This document shows, in pieces, positions 60,912 to 64,000 of a stretch of DNA of 64,000 nucleotides. The stretch lies in IMG/VR virus record IMGVR_UViG_3300032038_000033, positions 40,461 through 104,460 of that record, one strand, 5' to 3'. Every line of letters begins with the position of its first letter. The stretch's first letter is position 1. The translations under genes and the position numbers were made by a program. The notes under the pieces were generated by a model, which searched no databases, was not told where the DNA came from, and was given only the letters and a program-made list of their open reading frames with translations. Source of the stretch: a virus. Its lineage: Duplodnaviria > Caudoviricetes.

Positions 60912-61233
60912 TTCTAATTACATTTAATATGTACTAATGACGGGAAAAGTAAGGTGTTTGATTGATGAATGATAGAGAGTTACTAAAAGATAATATAGAT
61001 GAAATCTTTGAATATTATAAGAACTTAGAAAAAACTATACATAGATTCAATAATTATTTATCGAAGGTAAACATTAATGAAGTAATTGTTGACAAACATA
61101 GTTTTAAAGATTTTGACAAAAGTATCAATATCAACACATCTAAAATTAATGATAAATTAATTTATATTAACTATAATACTGAACATATTCGCCAAACATT
61201 AGAAATACTTGATAGAGAAAGTGAAGATAATTT

Positions 61234-61584
61234 ATGATTTTTCATATAATGGAATATAAAATTATTAACCAAGATATAAAAGAAAAAGAAGTAATTGACT
61301 GGAAATGTAAAGGTAATCTTATAAAATTATACTTAGGCAAAAACGGCGAACAACGTGGAGATGGTTGGTACATAAATAATTATGTGTTAAATGCTGATAA
61401 AGTATATAAAGAATTTATAAGTGCAGAAGCAGTTATTTATATCCCGTGGGATTGTACTATTTTAGAGCCAAACCGAATGTTAGTATCTAAAAATGATATA
61501 AGAGATAGAGTGCTTCCTTGTTTAACTATAGTACAATCAAATGATGATACAGCGGAAATCTACTTTGGAGATAAGATTTTTTAG
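61234..61584 (+). CDS. hypothetical protein
   Basis: IDWKCKGNLIKLYLG..GDGW motif. Confidence 0.6.
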   Translation: MIFHIMEYKIINQDIKEKEVIDWKCKGNLIKLYLGKNGEQRGDGWYINNYVLNADKVYKEFISAEAVIYIPWDCTILEPNRMLVSKNDIRDRVLPCLTIVQSNDDTAEIYFGDKIF

Positions 61585-61674
61585 CTTAAAATCATTTTGT
61601 TATGTGTAATTATAAGCTATTAATCTATATTTATTTGTAAATCTTTTGTTAATACTAAGTAAAGGAAGTATAAA

Positions 61675-62055
61675 ATGAGCAATTTTAACGGCATTTCCAA
61701 GAGTGAAATAATATGGGTAAAATACTTAATAGATGATGAATTTAAGTATATAATAACCAGTGATAAAAGTAGAAATATATACTATTTATATAAATATAAT
61801 ACTAAAGAAAATAAATATGAAAAAACATCTCACCAGTCCAATGACCCTACAAAATTAGAAGCTAAGTATATTAAGTTTAATTCAAATAATACAATAAAAA
61901 CTATTACTCCCAACACTGATACAGCCTCAAAAAAGCGAGGCCGACCCAAGAAAGATAATACAACAATAATAAACCAAACATTAGAAACTCCAAAACTTTC
62001 AACTACTACAAAAACCCTTGTAAATAAAGGGAATAAGAAAGGAAAGTTATTCTAA
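61675..62055 (+). CDS. hypothetical protein with AT-hook-like KKRGRPKK and C-terminal KGKLF
   Basis: Motifs read from the translation. Confidence 0.6.
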   Translation: MSNFNGISKSEIIWVKYLIDDEFKYIITSDKSRNIYYLYKYNTKENKYEKTSHQSNDPTKLEAKYIKFNSNNTIKTITPNTDTASKKRGRPKKDNTTIINQTLETPKLSTTTKTLVNKGNKKGKLF

Positions 62056-62493
62056 AATGAAACTTGACTATATAAGTAAATTAATAAGTACAAAATATAA
62101 AGTTCCGACATACAAACATAAAGAAATGAAAGAACAAACAATAGAAGAATTATATAATATATACGCTAACTCAGTAAAAATACCTGATAAGTATATAGAA
62201 AAACAATTAAAAATAAAACATCATAATCATAATAATATGTGTAATAGAAATCCTATGTCTAAAGTAGTAACAAAGAATAAGAATAAGAAGATAACCTAAT
62301 AATATAAAGTAAGAATTTTTATCCCCCCCGAAGGCTCGGCGTAAAATGTAGATACAAAATACAAAATATAGATATTTAAAATAAAAATAACTATAATATA
62401 ATAATAAATAAATAATATAATAAAACAAACTAATAATAATTATAATGTAATAATTAACAATACAATTACAAACAACACGATTATTGATTATTA

Positions 62494-62678
62494 TGTACAT
62501 ATTATCTGCATATTGTATACTGTATAGAGTATAGAGTGTATATTGAATTTATTGAATCCTCATTTCTTATTGATTATTGATTATTGATTATTGATTATTC
62601 ATTTATTATGCCACTTGAATAATGAATATACTACTTATTTATTTATATACAGTATACAATATGTGGATAATGTGTATA
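62494..62678. repeat. 33-bp inverted repeat enclosing four TTATTGA tandem repeats; DnaA-box match
   Basis: Arms 62494-62526 and 62646-62678; heptamers 62567-62594; TGTGGATAA at 62662. Confidence 0.8.
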
Positions 62679-62789
62679 TAGTACATAGTATGTTAGATGT
62701 TTACATATTGTTGTAAATATGTAGTTTGTAACTAAATTATTAATACGATTTGTTTATAACAATACATTTTGTTTTACAAATATTTACAT

Positions 62790-63045
62790 TAGTTTTGTAT
62801 AATATATACAAGTAACCCCCATAAGGAAAACACAATGTTGTTTGTGTATATTATACAAAAACTGATATAATTCTACTAAATTTTAACAGTTGAACATTGA
62901 TTTAATTGTTAACAACATTAATTAAATATGATTTACACTTGATTTCAGTCTTAAATGTCTGAAATTAGCTCTATTTTTGTATAATATATACAAACGACCT
63001 ACATAGTAAAAATACAAGACCATTTGTATATATTGTACAAAATAC
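62790..63045. repeat. two copies of an about 70-bp hairpin unit
   Basis: TTTTGTATAATATATACAA-N30-TTGTRTATATTRTACAAAA at about 62793-62860 and 62975-63041. Confidence 0.75.
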
Positions 63046-63095
63046 AAAGTACAAAATACAAAAACAATATGTTTTGATATTGGAGATGAATTTTT

Positions 63096-63998
63096 ATGTT
63101 GACTATTAATGAGTACGATTATGGTGGTGCTTATAATATTGACGCTGAGGACTTTTTTAGTAAAGAAGATTTAATAGAATATGGTAATGATATTGCAGAA
63201 AGAATGGGAGATAGATATGATTTCACATTCGAGCTTGCCGAAACTTATATAGAAGACGGAGAATTATATATTAAGTTAAATATAGTAGATGAAGATTATT
63301 TTGTGAGAGCTACTTGTTATCTTGATATGCGTAGAATTAATTTGCCGAAAGACTTATATAAATATGCAGATAATATTATTGAGCAGTTATGTGACGAAAC
63401 TGACGAATTTATAGAATTATATAAAGAAGACTATGATGATAGTCTTAATGAAACATATGCTAACGGTAGTTATCACCCTTGTATAGAAGGTTCGTATTAT
63501 GATGATGAATTAGATAACTTTACTACAAAATTAAATAGATTATATACTAAAGTAAATGATAATAATGATTATACTATATTATATAATTATAATGAAGCTG
63601 ATAATGTAATAGAGTTTATAGCCTTTACTGATATTTACAGTGGCGTTGAAAGAGAAAGAGCTATTATAGATATAGATAAATTTGAAGCTGGCATTACTCC
63701 TGATGAAGTGATAAAGTTATTTAAGATTGTTAAAGAAAGTGATAATCTCACTATTAGAGAAAGTGATGATGAGGATAGTGAGGATAGTGAAGATGAAGAT
63801 AAATTATTAGATGAAGCTCTTAAACTCGGCGACCCTTGGCCTCATTGGACAGACGCTTACAAAGTATTTGGTCTTATACAAAATATGTATAAAGGTAAAT
63901 TAGATGTTATTAATCAGAAAGTAAAAGAATTTTATGATATGTTTAAAGGCATTAAGAGTGTAGATATAGCATATCAAAGATGGCAAAATCAAGAATAA
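63096..63998 (+). CDS. very acidic putative internal head polyprotein (MLTINE|Y; internal SLNE, IVKE, LTIRE)
   Basis: Repeated I/L/V-x-E motifs separating acidic domains. Confidence 0.55.
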   Translation: MLTINEYDYGGAYNIDAEDFFSKEDLIEYGNDIAERMGDRYDFTFELAETYIEDGELYIKLNIVDEDYFVRATCYLDMRRINLPKDLYKYADNIIEQLCDETDEFIELYKEDYDDSLNETYANGSYHPCIEGSYYDDELDNFTTKLNRLYTKVNDNNDYTILYNYNEADNVIEFIAFTDIYSGVERERAIIDIDKFEAGITPDEVIKLFKIVKESDNLTIRESDDEDSEDSEDEDKLLDEALKLGDPWPHWTDAYKVFGLIQNMYKGKLDVINQKVKEFYDMFKGIKSVDIAYQRWQNQE

Positions 63999-64000
63999 TA

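Noticed and set aside
105-62500. Minus-strand ORFs in the six-frame track
   Set aside because: They are short shadows of plus-strand genes or tRNAs, without RBS or recognisable motifs.
1-64000. CRISPR array
   Set aside because: No regularly spaced 25-40-bp repeats seen; the recurring motifs are promoters, terminators or two-copy hairpins.

Overview
A very AT-rich, almost entirely plus-strand segment of a large lytic phage, most likely of an anaerobic Firmicute (inferred from class III RNR, Firmicute-type MFS, RBS and promoter style). It holds a few structural or lysis-type genes (4.3-6.2 kb) and a tRNA/ncRNA cluster (6.9-9.9 kb: 8 canonical tRNAs, several tRNA-like molecules and structured RNAs). 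Nucleotide and DNA metabolism genes include a DHH phosphoesterase, RNase H1, nrdD-nrdG plus an OFA-family MFS transporter, a guanylate kinase-like protein, thyX, NAD-dependent ligase and dUTPase. There are four RNA-guided-nuclease elements (two IscB, a solo TnpB-like gene, IS607-type TnpA+TnpB), many small accessory ORFs and an origin-like non-coding region near 62.3-63.1 kb. Main hunt results: (1) a formate-type nrdDG translationally coupled to an oxalate/formate-antiporter-family transporter behind tandem NrdR boxes; (2) about 17 promoters with a TTWAYA-N5-TTWAYA direct repeat fixed 31 bp before the -10 and no -35; (3) about 14 proteins with an N-terminal [I/L]-x-E propeptide-like motif, many behind a second promoter class (ACTAATA), resembling protease-processed internal head proteins; (4) an IscB element whose end is homologous to the IS607 right end, with AT at every inferred insertion junction; (5) an FETNSSS protein pair plus radical SAM module; (6) a catalytically substituted prohead-protease homolog; (7) a family of pseudoknotted RNAs between tRNAs. 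All calls are by eye; no searches were run.
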